Source: Tubiluchus corallicola
Lineage: Eukaryota > Animalia > Priapulida
Assembly (NCBI GenBank): GCA_030141605.1
Contig: JAQGDQ010001710.1
Span: 1-28,346, forward strand
DNA: 28,346 nt
Reading direction: 5' to 3'
Shown: positions 9,181 through 20,665 of the stretch, piece by piece
Position numbering within the stretch: position 1 is the first letter of the stretch
Layout: every line of letters begins with the position of its first letter
Notes under the pieces: generated by a model
Seen by the model: the letters and a program-made list of their open reading frames with translations, nothing else
What the model was told of the DNA's origin: nothing
Database searches by the model: none
Translations under genes and position numbers: made by a program

Positions 9181-9996
9181 TGCGTATATTGTACTCGCAC
9201 TGAAAGGAATTTTAGTTTGTTTCATTTGAAATCTCCCGCAATACTGTTCCGAAGTCGCCATTACATGACGTCATGTACCAAACGTAAATCACGGGAAGAA
9301 AAGGCAATGTTAAATTATGTCTCAAAAGATTTTCCGTGCAAATCTATATTACTTACATTTTCGCTTACCTGCTAGAGAGAGTTATGTAACTAGAAAAGAA
9401 AATTACTAATTATTTAAAATGTTTGTGCCAATTGGTGAAATGTCGCTGACTCACCCTCCAGGGTGCACCACTTACTAACCAAAAAACGTATTTTTAATCT
9501 TATTGACGAGATGCAGTAATTTTAAATTTTATTTAGTTAGTGACTTGTGCGCTACGAATGCTCTGATTATTTTTTCATACTTTACAAAATATTATCTAAA
9601 CTTGTTTCAAATGACCTGTCGTGAAAATGGCTGCGTCTAACCGTCATCGCGGGAGTTTAAATTTACATGTTTTATACAGCGTGACTGCCGATTGAAGTCC
9701 TGCACGCAAACAGGCAGTATGTAAGCGATATAAATTTCAAAACGAATTTTTTAAACTTTATATTTATGAGGGTTTTCTTGTGCTTTAACTAACTGCCTCC
9801 TTAACTGGGGAGACTTCACATAAATAGACTTCGTGAATTCATAAAGACAAAAACAGCTCACGCAACAGTATACGTCTCTAAAAGTAACCAAAGCGTCACT
9901 ACGGTAGTCCTCAGAGAAGCAGGTCGGAAAAAAATTATAACGCAGGTCTTTTTCCGCCTTATTTCGTTCCTTACTTGCACTTCCGTTGTTTTAGCC

Positions 9997-10321
9997 CAGT
10001 GGTTCCCAAACTTTCTCGGACCGTTACCCAAATCGGGAAACCCGGTCGTGTCCATTACCCCCCCCCCCCACCTAGTACTACTTCTCCAACTCAAAAAGTA
10101 AACACACGTATATGCCACAAGCAAGCAAAATTATTTATGTTTGCTCGTGACATAAATAAATTTCCAGGTGTCGTTGTTGTACTGTTGCAGTCTCTTCAAG
10201 AAGAAAACTACGTAAAATGCATTGCGAGCGAAGTTTTAAAAATTTTCAGAGGGGTGCCCGTTACCCCCCAAGACCATATTACCCCCGGGCGGGTAATTTA
10301 CCCCTACTTTGGGAACCACTG
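9997..10321. mobile_element. hAT (Buster/Charlie-type) MITE, 325 bp
   Basis: Perfect 14-bp TIRs CAGTGGTTCCCAAA/TTTGGGAACCACTG and a perfect 8-bp TSD TTTTAGCC (9989-9996, 10322-10329). Confidence 0.92.
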
Positions 10322-10416
10322 TTTTAGCCATTATGATCGGTTTGTGACGGCGCATTTAGTAAAGAACAAGCTGTTGCGTCTCGCCCTTTGATCCTGTACC
10401 CTCCGTTCAACCAGGG

Positions 10417-10973
10417 AAAAAAGAAATAAAGAATAAGACTGAATGTTGTCTAAAGAATGAGTGTGCAGAAAAATGCAGGAGCAGCACTAAATTAAGATTT
10501 TTAAGGCAAACCGAGTGGAAACCACAAAATTACATAGACACATGCAAGCCAGAAGAGGTTAAAGATATATTGAAAATAAGACTGAATATGATTAAAGCTA
10601 AGAATCTAAAGCTAAGAATCTAAGAAGCTAAAGCTAAGATTAAAATTATAAGAATGAGTTTAAGGATCAGTTATTATGCCCAGTGTGTAGGGAAGATGAT
10701 GATACTACTGAACATATGCTTAGATGTTATAGATATGGAGAATGGAAAAAAATTTTGAACTCAGATATATTAATGAACAGTGAAAAGGACGGGTTGCTAG
10801 AAATTAGAAATCTAGTGAACGAATGCATAGAATACAGGATAAAGACAAATAAAGACATTAAACTTGGAAAAGACAAATAAAAGATCAGCGTTATAAAAGA
10901 ATAGACTTTGCACCCTATAAACGTGCCCGCCTCTGATAGGTGGAGAGAGTCGAGTATCGCAATCGCAATTGCA
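10417..10973 (+). mobile_element. 5'-truncated non-LTR retrotransposon 3' end (decayed ORF with zinc knuckle)
   Basis: Translates as ...STKLRFL...YI...ILKIRLNMIKAK, is broken by duplicated AAAGCTAAGAATCT units, then reads NYKNEFKDQLLCPVCREDDDTTEHMLRC (CCHC). Stop at 10880, short UTR hairpin, (ATCGCA)-type tail at 10956-10973. Confidence 0.7.
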
Positions 10974-11587
10974 AAGGGAAAACATTACTCATTTGTCACT
11001 TTCTGCCGAAATCAAGTTTGCATCTTTTACTCGTAACTGTCAGAACGCGGGAAAATTTATCTGCAGCATTTGTTCGGTAAGAAGAACTTTCTAGAAGAGA
11101 TTAAATGAATTGACCCACAGCTCACCTGTAAACCAAAATTCATCTATTGTATCTCAGAGAGTTGAATATAAAAAGTTTCTACAAGACGATAATGGTCTAA
11201 TCAGTCTCACAAGAGTCTTGTGCCCGCGGCATTGTGATAACATCCATTTTATGAACTCGCTACTTCATAAATGTTACCCAGACTCATATTAATATCAATA
11301 TTAATGACACCCACCGCTGAACGGGCTATCTATCCATGGCTAGCACCACCCCCGGCCCGTTCCCGTTCTTCAGATCTCAGGCGTATAACTTTTGCAAAAT
11401 AACTACCGAAAAATGACAATTTTTGGAGGTTTTTCGCCCCCCGTTCGTCCCGGTGGGCCCGATTCGAAAAATAAACCTCCAATGAGACGACACTAGATCG
11501 AGACGTTTCGTTTGATGTATAGATCGCCGCAAATGGTGCCCTCGTCGAAGCTGTAGCCTCGAATCTTATATATATATATATATATAT

Positions 11588-11785
11588 ATTGAATTAATAT
11601 TAATAATTCTACTCGTATATAGATATTTATATATATACATATTTAAATAATACACATATATATATATATGTATATTGTATATGTATATATGAAATATGAA
11701 AGATCATATATATATATGTGTATTATTTAAATATGTATATATATAAATATCTATATACGAGTAGAATTATTAATATTAATTCAAT
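11588..11785. repeat. Perfect 80-bp AT-rich inverted repeat with 38-bp spacer
   Basis: 11588-11667 is the exact reverse complement of 11706-11785; adjoins a (TA)n tract. Confidence 0.92.
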
Positions 11786-12573
11786 TTATTGTAGAAATAC
11801 ATAGAATTAATCGAAACTAGCAGCGCCATCAATAAGAGGTGGGAAGATTTCACAATTTTGTATATCTAAGAAAATTGTTGTGTGCAAACGTTTCTTAATA
11901 ACTCGAAAATGTATAAAATATTGAGGAATACAAGGGCAAGGAGAAGTTAGCTTCGACTGTGATGCTATTATCTATATCTATGATATGTGAGCCATTGTTT
12001 AATTGGCGTACGAGAAATCCTATGGAAAATCGTACCCCATGTTTTCTCCCCCCCCCCCCATACACTCTTTGTGCTCTGGTTTCCTAGTACCTTCCCCCGT
12101 GCCTCCTGGTGGCTTGATAACATATCGGCATGTCTTCCATCTTTTTCAAAGATTGTCTCATTCTGCTATTTAATATCTGCAAGTTCTAGATCTAGGCAAC
12201 TTTGATTGATTATTTTTGTAGTGATTTCGTTTTTATTCACTTATTCTTATTTGCACACAATACACATAATACCATTTTACAGACATTTGCAACACACAAA
12301 AATATTTTTCACTAAACGTATTAAAAATACTGGCTAAAATACACATTAAGAATACATTAGCCTAAAAAAATTCAATTTAAAATCATTACATTAAAAAATT
12401 GTTTCCTAAAAAGACAGTGAGTTAAATAGACGTCAGAGCTGATAAAACCACCAATTAGAATGTCATTTTTGTCTGCAAGTTCACGATTTTTTAAGCCACA
12501 GGAGATCTTCCTTGTTAAAACGTTTAAGCAAAAGCGGACTCAAGCTTAAACTGTAGGTCAAAACCATCAACTC

Positions 12574-13070
12574 CAGGGGTGTGCAAATTATCTGACTACC
12601 CGGGCCACTTTAAACTTTCCCGCAATTCCTGCGAGCCACAGGCAGTTTGATCAAGGAGTCAAGTACAGAAAGGCCTAATGACGATTTTTTTGCATCCGAC
12701 CTGCGTACATCATTACTACTACACTCAAACTATTTTAGAAGTTATTAAAATTTATATTACAAACCATATATTTCTACTTTCAGGACACATAGTGGTAATT
12801 TCATTACAATGCACATTAGTAATGTGTATCACACAGTCTGTGTAGTACAGTGACATTAAGCTACAACCGTCTTGTAAGGGTTAATGGCATCCGATCTAGT
12901 AGAAAAAATTACCCGCACTATCTTTGGGATCGTGGCACGGACTTCAGAGGGATACACTCAATTAATCGCCCGGGCCGCACTTTCATTAGGTTGACAAATC
13001 TCTTCGCGGGCCGCACAAATTCTCTCGATGGGCCGCAAGTGGCCTGCGGGCCGCAATTTGCACACCCCTG
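12574..13070 (+). mobile_element. hAT MITE family A, copy 1 (~500 bp)
   Basis: TIRs CAGGGGTGTGCAAATT/AATTTGCACACCCCTG; TSD ATCAACTC/ATCTACTC (7/8); subterminal GCGGGCCGC-type repeats. Confidence 0.92.
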
Positions 13071-13895
13071 ATCTACTCTTTAAAATGTTCAAAGGAAACT
13101 TACTATTTTTTAAGTGACTTACGTGAAAGAATTATAATGACACAAACGCAATTTCACGTTTGCGCCACTAGTTCTTCGTTGTTACATGCATTTCGTCACG
13201 CGCTAGATAGACGGGCACCAGCGCCTGCATTTTCCAAACGCATTGCACAAAAAAATAGGTGCTGTACCTCTCAGTTAAGATGTTTTAGTTTGTCACGAAC
13301 TGCACACGTTCGATAGCTCATGCATAAGCACAGCAGTAAATTAGAAATTTGAATTTTTATCTTAAAACTTGCTTAGTTTTAGTACAACACACTGAATATC
13401 TTACAGTAGCACTGTAATTCAATTTTCGCTTTCGCAAACACGTGCAACACGCTCGTGGAATATTTTTGCTGATGAAAATTACGTTAGTTTGTGATGTCAT
13501 CAATTGTTAGGCTTGCCAGCCGATCATTAAGATTTGAATCTGTTGTTTACTTATCAGAAACGCCTTTGCAGTATGAATTGTATAATTTTTGTCGGATTTG
13601 AAGATGTACATATGAAAAATCATCCTGTCTTCCTTAAAAGTTTGGAACATTATCATGTCCCCGTATATAACATGCTCTAGTATCTAATTGGTAATATTAA
13701 AAAAAGGAAAAAAACGGATTGTACGTCGATCTGAGCTTTGCAATATTATGCTACCACTGCAATACGATTTCAATAAGACATTTTGCATTTTTAGTGGCAA
13801 TACCAGATATTGACAGATTTTAAACCTCGAATAAAAGTTGTTTTTTAATTACTAAATTAACCTGTGACGTACAGTAGTGTGCTAATTATGTACAG

Positions 13896-14379
13896 TAGGG
13901 GTGTGCAAACTGCGGGCCGCGGGCCGCCGAGAGAATTTGTGGGGCCCGCGAAGAGATTTGTCAACCTAATGAAAGTGCGGCCCGGGTGATTAATTGAGTG
14001 TATCCAGCTGAAGTCCGTGCCACGTCACAAAGATAGTGCGGGTAGTTTTTTCTACTAGATCGGATGCCATTAACCCTTACAAGACGGTTGTAGCTTAATG
14101 TCACTGTACTACACAGACTGTGTGACATTACTAATATGCATTGTAATGAAATTACCACTATCTGTCCTGAAAGTAGACATATATGGTTTGTAATATAAAT
14201 TTTAATAACTTCTAATATAGTTTCTTGAGTGTAGTAGCAATGATGTACGCAGGTCGGATGCAAAAAAATGGTCATTAGGCCTTACTGTACTTGGCTCCTT
14301 GATCAAACTGCCTGTGGCCCGCAGGAATTGCGGGAAAGTTTAATGTGGCCCGGCTAGTCAGATAATTTGCACACCCTTG
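13896..14379 (-). mobile_element. hAT MITE family A, copy 2
   Basis: Reverse-complement homologue of copy 1 with a perfect TSD ATGTACAG. Confidence 0.92.
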
Positions 14380-14901
14380 ATGTACAGCTTGTAAAATCGT
14401 AATTTGTACAAAATTAATATTCCAATACATTGAATGAGTCTGCCAGTCTTTGGTCTCAATTCTCCCATTAAAAACTTCAAAAACCCCCTTGGGGGGAGGA
14501 GGAGTGAGTCCCCTGGATGAGAACCACTGCAGTTGAGGGTGCACATTTGTAAGCTATTTGCTTAAGAAAATTAACTGTGTTGCAAGCAAATTCAATTACG
14601 TTTCACCCGGACACACCGCCCCCCATAACAGGTGTAACTGCCACGCATAAACTTTGCTTAATGGCTGTTTCGGAATTTCCAAATGAACAATTACTGTGTT
14701 TGATAGCCAATTTACCGCGCCCGCCTGTCAAGTTCGTCCCACATCATTGCCTTCCCTAATGAGAAAAACGTCTCGGTAAATTATGGCCGCCCCGGTAGCT
14801 TAAAGTCCAAAACACCACATGTGCCGGGAGGATGCAGCGCATCAGTACCAGTCATCTATAACATAATCATATCTTCTATGCGTGTATATACACACAGTAA
14901 G

Positions 14902-14959
14902 CGTGTGTTTAAAATGAAGCCATAGACGTGTGTTTAAAATGAAGCCATAAACGTGCGTT
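14902..14959. repeat. 25-bp tandem duplication
   Basis: CGTGTGTTTAAAATGAAGCCATA(G/A)A twice plus a partial third copy. Confidence 0.85.
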
Positions 14960-15264
14960 CAGAACGGCGAAGCTGTGAAATCATTTCGCGTAAATGATGC
15001 AGACAAGAAGCCGGTGCCTGGAGGGTGTTAGGGCAGGTTCACATCTGCACGCGGTGACGAGCATGCCTTTGATTTAGAGACGTCCATAATTATAGGAATT
15101 ATCGTTAACAAACGGCGCGAAAATGTAAAGACAAAAGCAAAGCTAGCGAAAGACAAAAACATTAACAAAAAAATCAATAATAGTGACGTATACTGTGCAA
15201 AGCATCTTGGGTATGTAACTCTTTATTCGGATTGTATGGTTAAAGCAAGCCATAGTCGTGGCAT

Positions 15265-15500
15265 ACTGCTGCTGCTAGTGCTGATGTTGCCATTGATGTT
15301 GTCGTCATCGTCATCGTCACCGTCGTCACAATTGTTGTTGTTGTTGTCATCATTGCCGTTGTCCCTATTGCTGTGGCTGTGGTTGTCATTGCCATCACCA
15401 TTCTTGTTGTTTTTACTGCTGCTCCCGATGCTGTTTTTGCTGCTGTCGTTGCTAAGTTTACTGTTGCTTTTTGCTGCCGTTGGTGGCGCTGCTAGTCCCA
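15265..15500. repeat. Degenerate trinucleotide low-complexity tract (CTG/GTC/GTT)
   Basis: Period-3 repeats that give poly-Leu/Ser and poly-Asn/Asp pseudo-ORFs. Confidence 0.8.
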
Positions 15501-15644
15501 CTGCAGTTGTAACCAATAAGTAGTAAAAGCACTTTACTTGTCAAACGTTCTAATAAATAAATAACATGCGTTTACTAGTATTCAGTGGCAATGCTAATCC
15601 GACTATTCGGAAACCTGCAACATGGATTGATATGTATTACGAAT

Positions 15645-16180
15645 TATGAATTTATTCCACAGCAACACAAACATACATATAAATTGATATAACATTGAAA
15701 AAAATAAAATAAGCGAGTTACTGTGAGGAGGAGGAAGGAACATTGAGCTTTCGAGTCCTCCTCCAGATAAGTGAAACAATTGACAATTAACATTACATAG
15801 TATTTTCATCAGTTATAATTTACATTAGAACAAAATAAGTTTTGTTAGTAACTTAAGATCAGGATGAGTAAAATTGAGAGTTAATTATACCGTTGTAGTA
15901 GGTAATTCTTTGATGCTTTTTTAAATTGATAAAGATTAAGAGTTTTCATTTCACGCGGAATTGATGGCCATATTTTAATAGCATTATATTTTAATGACTG
16001 TTTTATTATATTTGTTTTTGGGAGGGGGAGTACATAGTTTTCGACTGAATATCTTGTCTAATGATCATGTTGATTTGAAACTGGACTAAAGTATGACTGA
16101 AAAGCTGGTGGAAGTAGTGAATTATGATACTGATACATGAAATGAAGACAATTCATGTCATATATTTCTTTCACTTTAAC
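15645..16180 (-). mobile_element. LINE 3' fragment, CR1/L2 group (Crack-like)
   Basis: Minus strand 16180->15881 reads VKVKEIYDMNCLHFMYQYHNSLLPPAFQSYFSPVSNQHDH*TRYSVENYVLPLPKTNIIKQSLKYNAIKIWPSIPREMKTLNLYQFKKASKNYLLQRYN*, a typical ORF2 C-terminus with one internal stop. A UTR with a GGAGGA/TCCTCC stem and AATAAA follows. Confidence 0.8.
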
Positions 16181-16188
16181 AGTTTTAA

Positions 16189-16644
16189 CCGTTTCATACC
16201 CGTTGTATCCCGTGGGATACGAGAATATTTTCTGCCTTTAAAATTAATAAAATTTTAAAACTGACAGTTATTTGATCTGTTAATAGTTATTTTGATTTAA
16301 GCCAATAACAATAGACAAAAAATGGCGACAAAATGGCAAACTAGAAAATCTACGTAGCATAAAAAACTGCGCAAGGTACAGTACTTTAGAGATGACTTTG
16401 TACAGATCAGCATAGCATGCATACTAAATGTCTTAAGTACTTTAAAAAATTATCAACAGTTGCAAAATGAAGCACATTTTATGCTTCCATTGAATCCCAA
16501 TGTATCCCGTGGGATACAGGCTATATTTAGCACGCGGACACAGGTAGAAAAAAATAATTAATATGTGCAAACAAGATGGACATACTGAACAAAAGTACCA
16601 AATAAAAAAAATTCTTATTAAAAAATAATTTGGGACTGAAAGGG
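16189..16644. mobile_element. piggyBac-like MITE
   Basis: TTAA|CCGTTTCATACCC...GGGACTGAAAGGG|TTAG (TIR 10/13); internal palindrome GTATCCCGTGGGATAC at 16205 and 16502. Confidence 0.65.
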
Positions 16645-17147
16645 TTAGCAGACAAGTAAATTATATTGAGCTTTCGAGTCCTCCTCCAGATAAGTTGTAC
16701 AATTGACAATTAACATTACAACCTGCAACAGCTGCAACCTGCAACTATTTTATTGAAGCAAAGAATAATTAACAGGGCGTGTGTTTTGCTGATGTAGCTG
16801 ATTGGCATCTTTCAGTCGTAAAATGTTTCTTAATTACTTTATCGGGGGCTCAATTTTCATTGAGAATTTGCTTTTAATTAACAAAAATAAACAGAAGGGA
16901 AAATCAACACACGTGCCGCCTTTATAGGTTGTTTAAATGGCGTCAGCGTCTTGTATATATGACTAATTAAATAAAAAATAATTTGGGTTTTGTGGCTCCA
17001 AAGTTACAATGACGTATTGTGTCAGTTAAACGAATCTTACGTTTACTAGAAAAAATAATGTTAAGAGTTCGGTACTAGAACCCGAGGCCTTTTGGCTCGG
17101 GTACATAAACGTTGATTGCGTCTATACGTTTACGTAACTCATTATAG

Positions 17148-17642
17148 CAGGGGTGTGCAAATTGTGGCCCGCCGAGAGAATTTGTGCGGCCCGCAAAGAG
17201 ATTTGTCAACCTAATGAAAGTGCGGCCCGGGCGATTAATCGAGTGCATCCAGCTGAAGTCTGTGCCACGATCCCAAAGATAGTGCAGGTAGTTTTTTCTA
17301 CTAGATCGGATGCCATTAACCCTTACAAGACGGTTGTAGCTTAATGTCACTGTACTGCACAGACTGTGTGATACACATTACTAATATGCATTGTAATGAA
17401 ATTACCACTATGTCTCACATGAAATGTCCCGAAAGTAGAAATATATGGTTTGTAATATAAATTTTAATAACTTGTAAAATAGTTCCTTGAGTGTAGTAGT
17501 AATGATGTACGCAGGTCGGATGCAAAAAAAATTGTTATTAGGCCCTTCTGTACTTGGCTCCTTGATCAAACTGCCTGTGGCCCGCAGGAATTGCGGGAAA
17601 ATTTAATGTGACCCAGCTAGTCAGATAATTTGCACACCTCTG
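17148..17642 (-). mobile_element. hAT MITE family A, copy 3 (left arm of the inverted repeat)
   Basis: TIRs CAGGGGTGTGCAAATT and variant AATTTGCACACCTCTG; TSD degenerate. Confidence 0.9.
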
Positions 17643-18395
17643 CATATTATCCACGCGTTTCAATCAAGTCAGATATAATTGAAGTTGAACCGATTTGAGT
17701 AGTAACAGTCTAGACTCTTACTGAAACGAATATTTCGAACTGTAGTTTGTTTCTGTTTTTCTTACAGCCAAGGAGACCATGGCTTAATTAGCACACATTT
17801 AATGACAATCTTTACATTTTTTGTAATCTTTTTCCGTGGAAACTAAAACAAGTATATAATGCTAAACTGCACATTATTTAAAGCTTTCGACACTACAGCC
17901 ATCTTCAGGAAAACAGCAGAAATAAAAATGACCCAAAATGATTCATTGGACCAGAATGAGAGCACTAATGTACTTCGATCTGACACTTGCTACTCATTTC
18001 TTGCAAAGTTGATTGTGTAGTGTGTGCATGGGCCCTTTTTTGATTTTAATTTAGTTCTCAATTACTGCCACGGTGCTGCCACCTGTCTGTTTTTTAGTAG
18101 GCTTTTTACCTTTTACAGTAGTCACTCTTTTAAAATTAAAGCATCTAATATCCTCCAATATACTAGCATTTTGGCCTTTTGTGAGCTATAGCTGTAGTAG
18201 TTGTGTGACATTTTACCCGCCTTTTGGTTCTCTCCGCCATTGCTCTATTTTTCTGACTGTGATGAGAATTATGACTGTAAATTTCTTACGAGTTCATTGT
18301 TGTTACATTGTTGTTCTTAAGGCAACTTGTAGTTCTCATTCCTGTCTTTGTAACTGTTAAAGGCTCTAACAACGTAAGTTATTGTTAATTAATTT

Positions 18396-18457
18396 CAACA
18401 TAGTTTACATAATTTTTATATCAGTACAACATAGTTTACATAATTTTTATATCAGTA
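18396..18457. repeat. 31-bp exact tandem duplication
   Basis: CAACATAGTTTACATAATTTTTATATCAGTA twice. Confidence 0.9.
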
Positions 18458-18491
18458 CTTAGTTATAGCAATACATTTAATCTGTATTATC

Positions 18492-18971
18492 CATTATTAC
18501 TGTATAAATGGATCTGCCCTACGCATTGTTACTGTATAAATGGATCTGCCCTACGCATTGTCACTGTAAAAATGGATCTGCCCTACGCACTGTTACTGTA
18601 GAAATGGATCTGCCTTACGCATTGGTACTGTATAAATGGATCTGTCCTACGCATTGTCACTGTAAAAATGGATCTGCCTTACGCATTGTTACTGTATAAA
18701 TGGATCTGCCGTACGCATTGTCACTGTAAAAATGGATGTGCCTTACGCATTGTTACTGTATAAATGGATCTGCCCTACGCATTGTTACTATATAAATGGA
18801 TCTGCCCTACGCATTGTTACTGTATAAATGGATCTGCCCTATGCATTGTCACTGTATAAATGGATCTGCCCTACGTATTGTTACTATATAAATGGATCTG
18901 CCCTACGCATTGTCACTGTAAAAATGGATCTGCCCTACGCATTGTCACTGTAAAAATGGATCTGCCCCAAC
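18492..18971. repeat. Minisatellite, 15 x 32 bp
   Basis: Unit CATTGT(T/C)ACTGTA(T/A)AAATGGATCTGCCCTACG; ATGGAT recurs every 32 nt from 18508 to 18956 with no spacers. Confidence 0.95.
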
Positions 18972-19422
18972 GACGAGCATTCTAAATTCTTACGAAAAAA
19001 ACGGACTATGACAACGGCCAACATCTCCCATGATTTTCTTATGGAAACTTTCAGCTTTGCAAGAAATGAGTAGGACGTGTCAGGTCCAAGCACATTAGTG
19101 CTCCCATTCTGGTCCAATGAAACATTTTGGTTTATTTCTATTTCTATTGTTTTCCTGAAGATGGCTGTAGTGTCGAAAGTTTTAAATAATGTGCAGTTTA
19201 GCATTGTATATTTGTTTTTGTTTCCACGCAAAAAGATTTAAAAAAATGTAAAAATTGCCATTAATAATGTGCTAATTAAGCCATGTCTCCTTGGTTGTAA
19301 GAAAAACAGAAACAAAATACAGTTCGAAATATTCATTTCAGTAAGAGTCTAGACTGTTACTACTCAAATCGGTTCAATTTCAATTATATCTGATTTGATT
19401 GAAACACGTGGATACTATTATG

Positions 19423-19882
19423 CAGAGGTGTGCAAATTATCTGACTAGCCGGGCCACATTAAACTTTCCCTCAATTCCTGAGGCCCTCAGGCAGTTTGAT
19501 CAAGGAGCCAAGTACAGAAAGGCCTAATAACGATTTTTTGCATCCGACCTGCGTACATCATTACTACTACACAAAAGAAACTATTTTAGAAGTTATTAAA
19601 ATTTATGTTACAAACCATATATTTCTACTTTCAGGACAGATAGTGGTAATTTCATTACAATGCATATTAGTAATGTGTATCACACAGTCTGTGTAGTACA
19701 GTGACATTAAGCTACAACCGTTTTGTAAGGGTTAATGGCATCCGATCTAGTAGAAAAAAACTACCCGCACTATCTTTGGGATCGTGGCACGGACTTCAGC
19801 TGGATACACTCAATTAATCGCCTGGGCCGCACTTTCATTAGGTTGACAAATCTCTTTGCGGGCCACAATTTGCACACCCCTG
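19423..19882 (+). mobile_element. hAT MITE family A, copy 4 (right arm of the inverted repeat)
   Basis: Variant TIR CAGAGGTGTGCAAATT; TSD CTATTATG/CTATAATG (7/8). Confidence 0.9.
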
Positions 19883-20165
19883 CTATAATGAGTTACGTAA
19901 ACGTATAAACGCAATCAACGTTTATGTACCCGAGCCAAAAGGCCTCGGGTTCGAGTGCCGAACTCTCAACATTATTTTTTCAACGTATCTGGGCAGTATC
20001 TTCAAAAGGCAATACCAGAATAGTCGAGTTGTCTGTGGTGTAGCAGATCTTTCTTTTAAAACATCTTCTTTCAGTGATTTGTAAAGACACAAGGCACAAG
20101 GCAGAGATTTTCTGCATTGTATTACAAATTGTATAAGACAACAATGCGTTACATACAATTTATAG

Positions 20166-20665
20166 CAGGGGTGTGCAAATTGCGGCCCGCGGGCAACTTG
20201 CGGCCCGCCGAGAGAATTTGTGCGGCCCGTGAAGAGATTTGTCAACCTAATGAAAGTGCGGCCCGGGCGATTAATTAAGTGTATCCAGCTGAAGTCCGTG
20301 CTACGATCCCAAAGATAGTGTGGGTAGTTTTTCCTACTAGATCGGATGCCATTAACCCTTACAACACGGTTGTAGCTTAATGTCACTGTATTACACAGAC
20401 TGTGTGATACACATTACTAATATGCATTGTAATGAAATTACCACTATCTGTCCTGAAAGTAGAAATATATGGTTTGTAATATAAATTTTAATAACTTCTA
20501 AAATAGTTTCTTGAGTGTACTAGTAATGATGTACGCAGGTCGGATGCAAAAAAATAGTTATTAGGCCTTTCTGTACTTGGCTCCTTGATCAAACTGCATG
20601 TGGCCTGCAGGAATTGCGGGAAAGTTTAATGTGGCCCGGTTAGTCAGATAATTTGCACACCCCTG
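20166..20665 (-). mobile_element. hAT MITE family A, copy 5 (500 bp)
   Basis: Perfect 16-bp TIRs and a perfect TSD ATTTATAG. Confidence 0.93.

Larger units (their letters stand above)
17049..19981. repeat. Large inverted repeat: arms 17049-18012 and 19051-19981, ~1.04-kb spacer
   Basis: Arms align in reverse complement over their length, including ~100 bp and ~370 bp of non-MITE flank, with scattered mismatches and small indels. Confidence 0.92.

Noticed and set aside
14518-14529. hAT-like right TIR TGAGAACCACTG
   Set aside because: No matching left TIR or TSD found; at most a relic.
15223-15523. Leu-rich and Asn/Asp-rich overlapping ORFs (possible signal peptide or Wnt exon 1)
   Set aside because: Trinucleotide low-complexity sequence; no convincing phase-compatible donor was identified.
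18492-18971. 32-bp repeat array as CRISPR
   Set aside because: Units are head-to-tail with no unique spacers, there are no cas genes, and the context is eukaryotic.
12850-20386. Recurrent MTLSYNRLVRVNG... ORFs as a gene family
   Set aside because: All lie inside MITE A copies, have inconsistent frames and ends, and show no transposase motifs.
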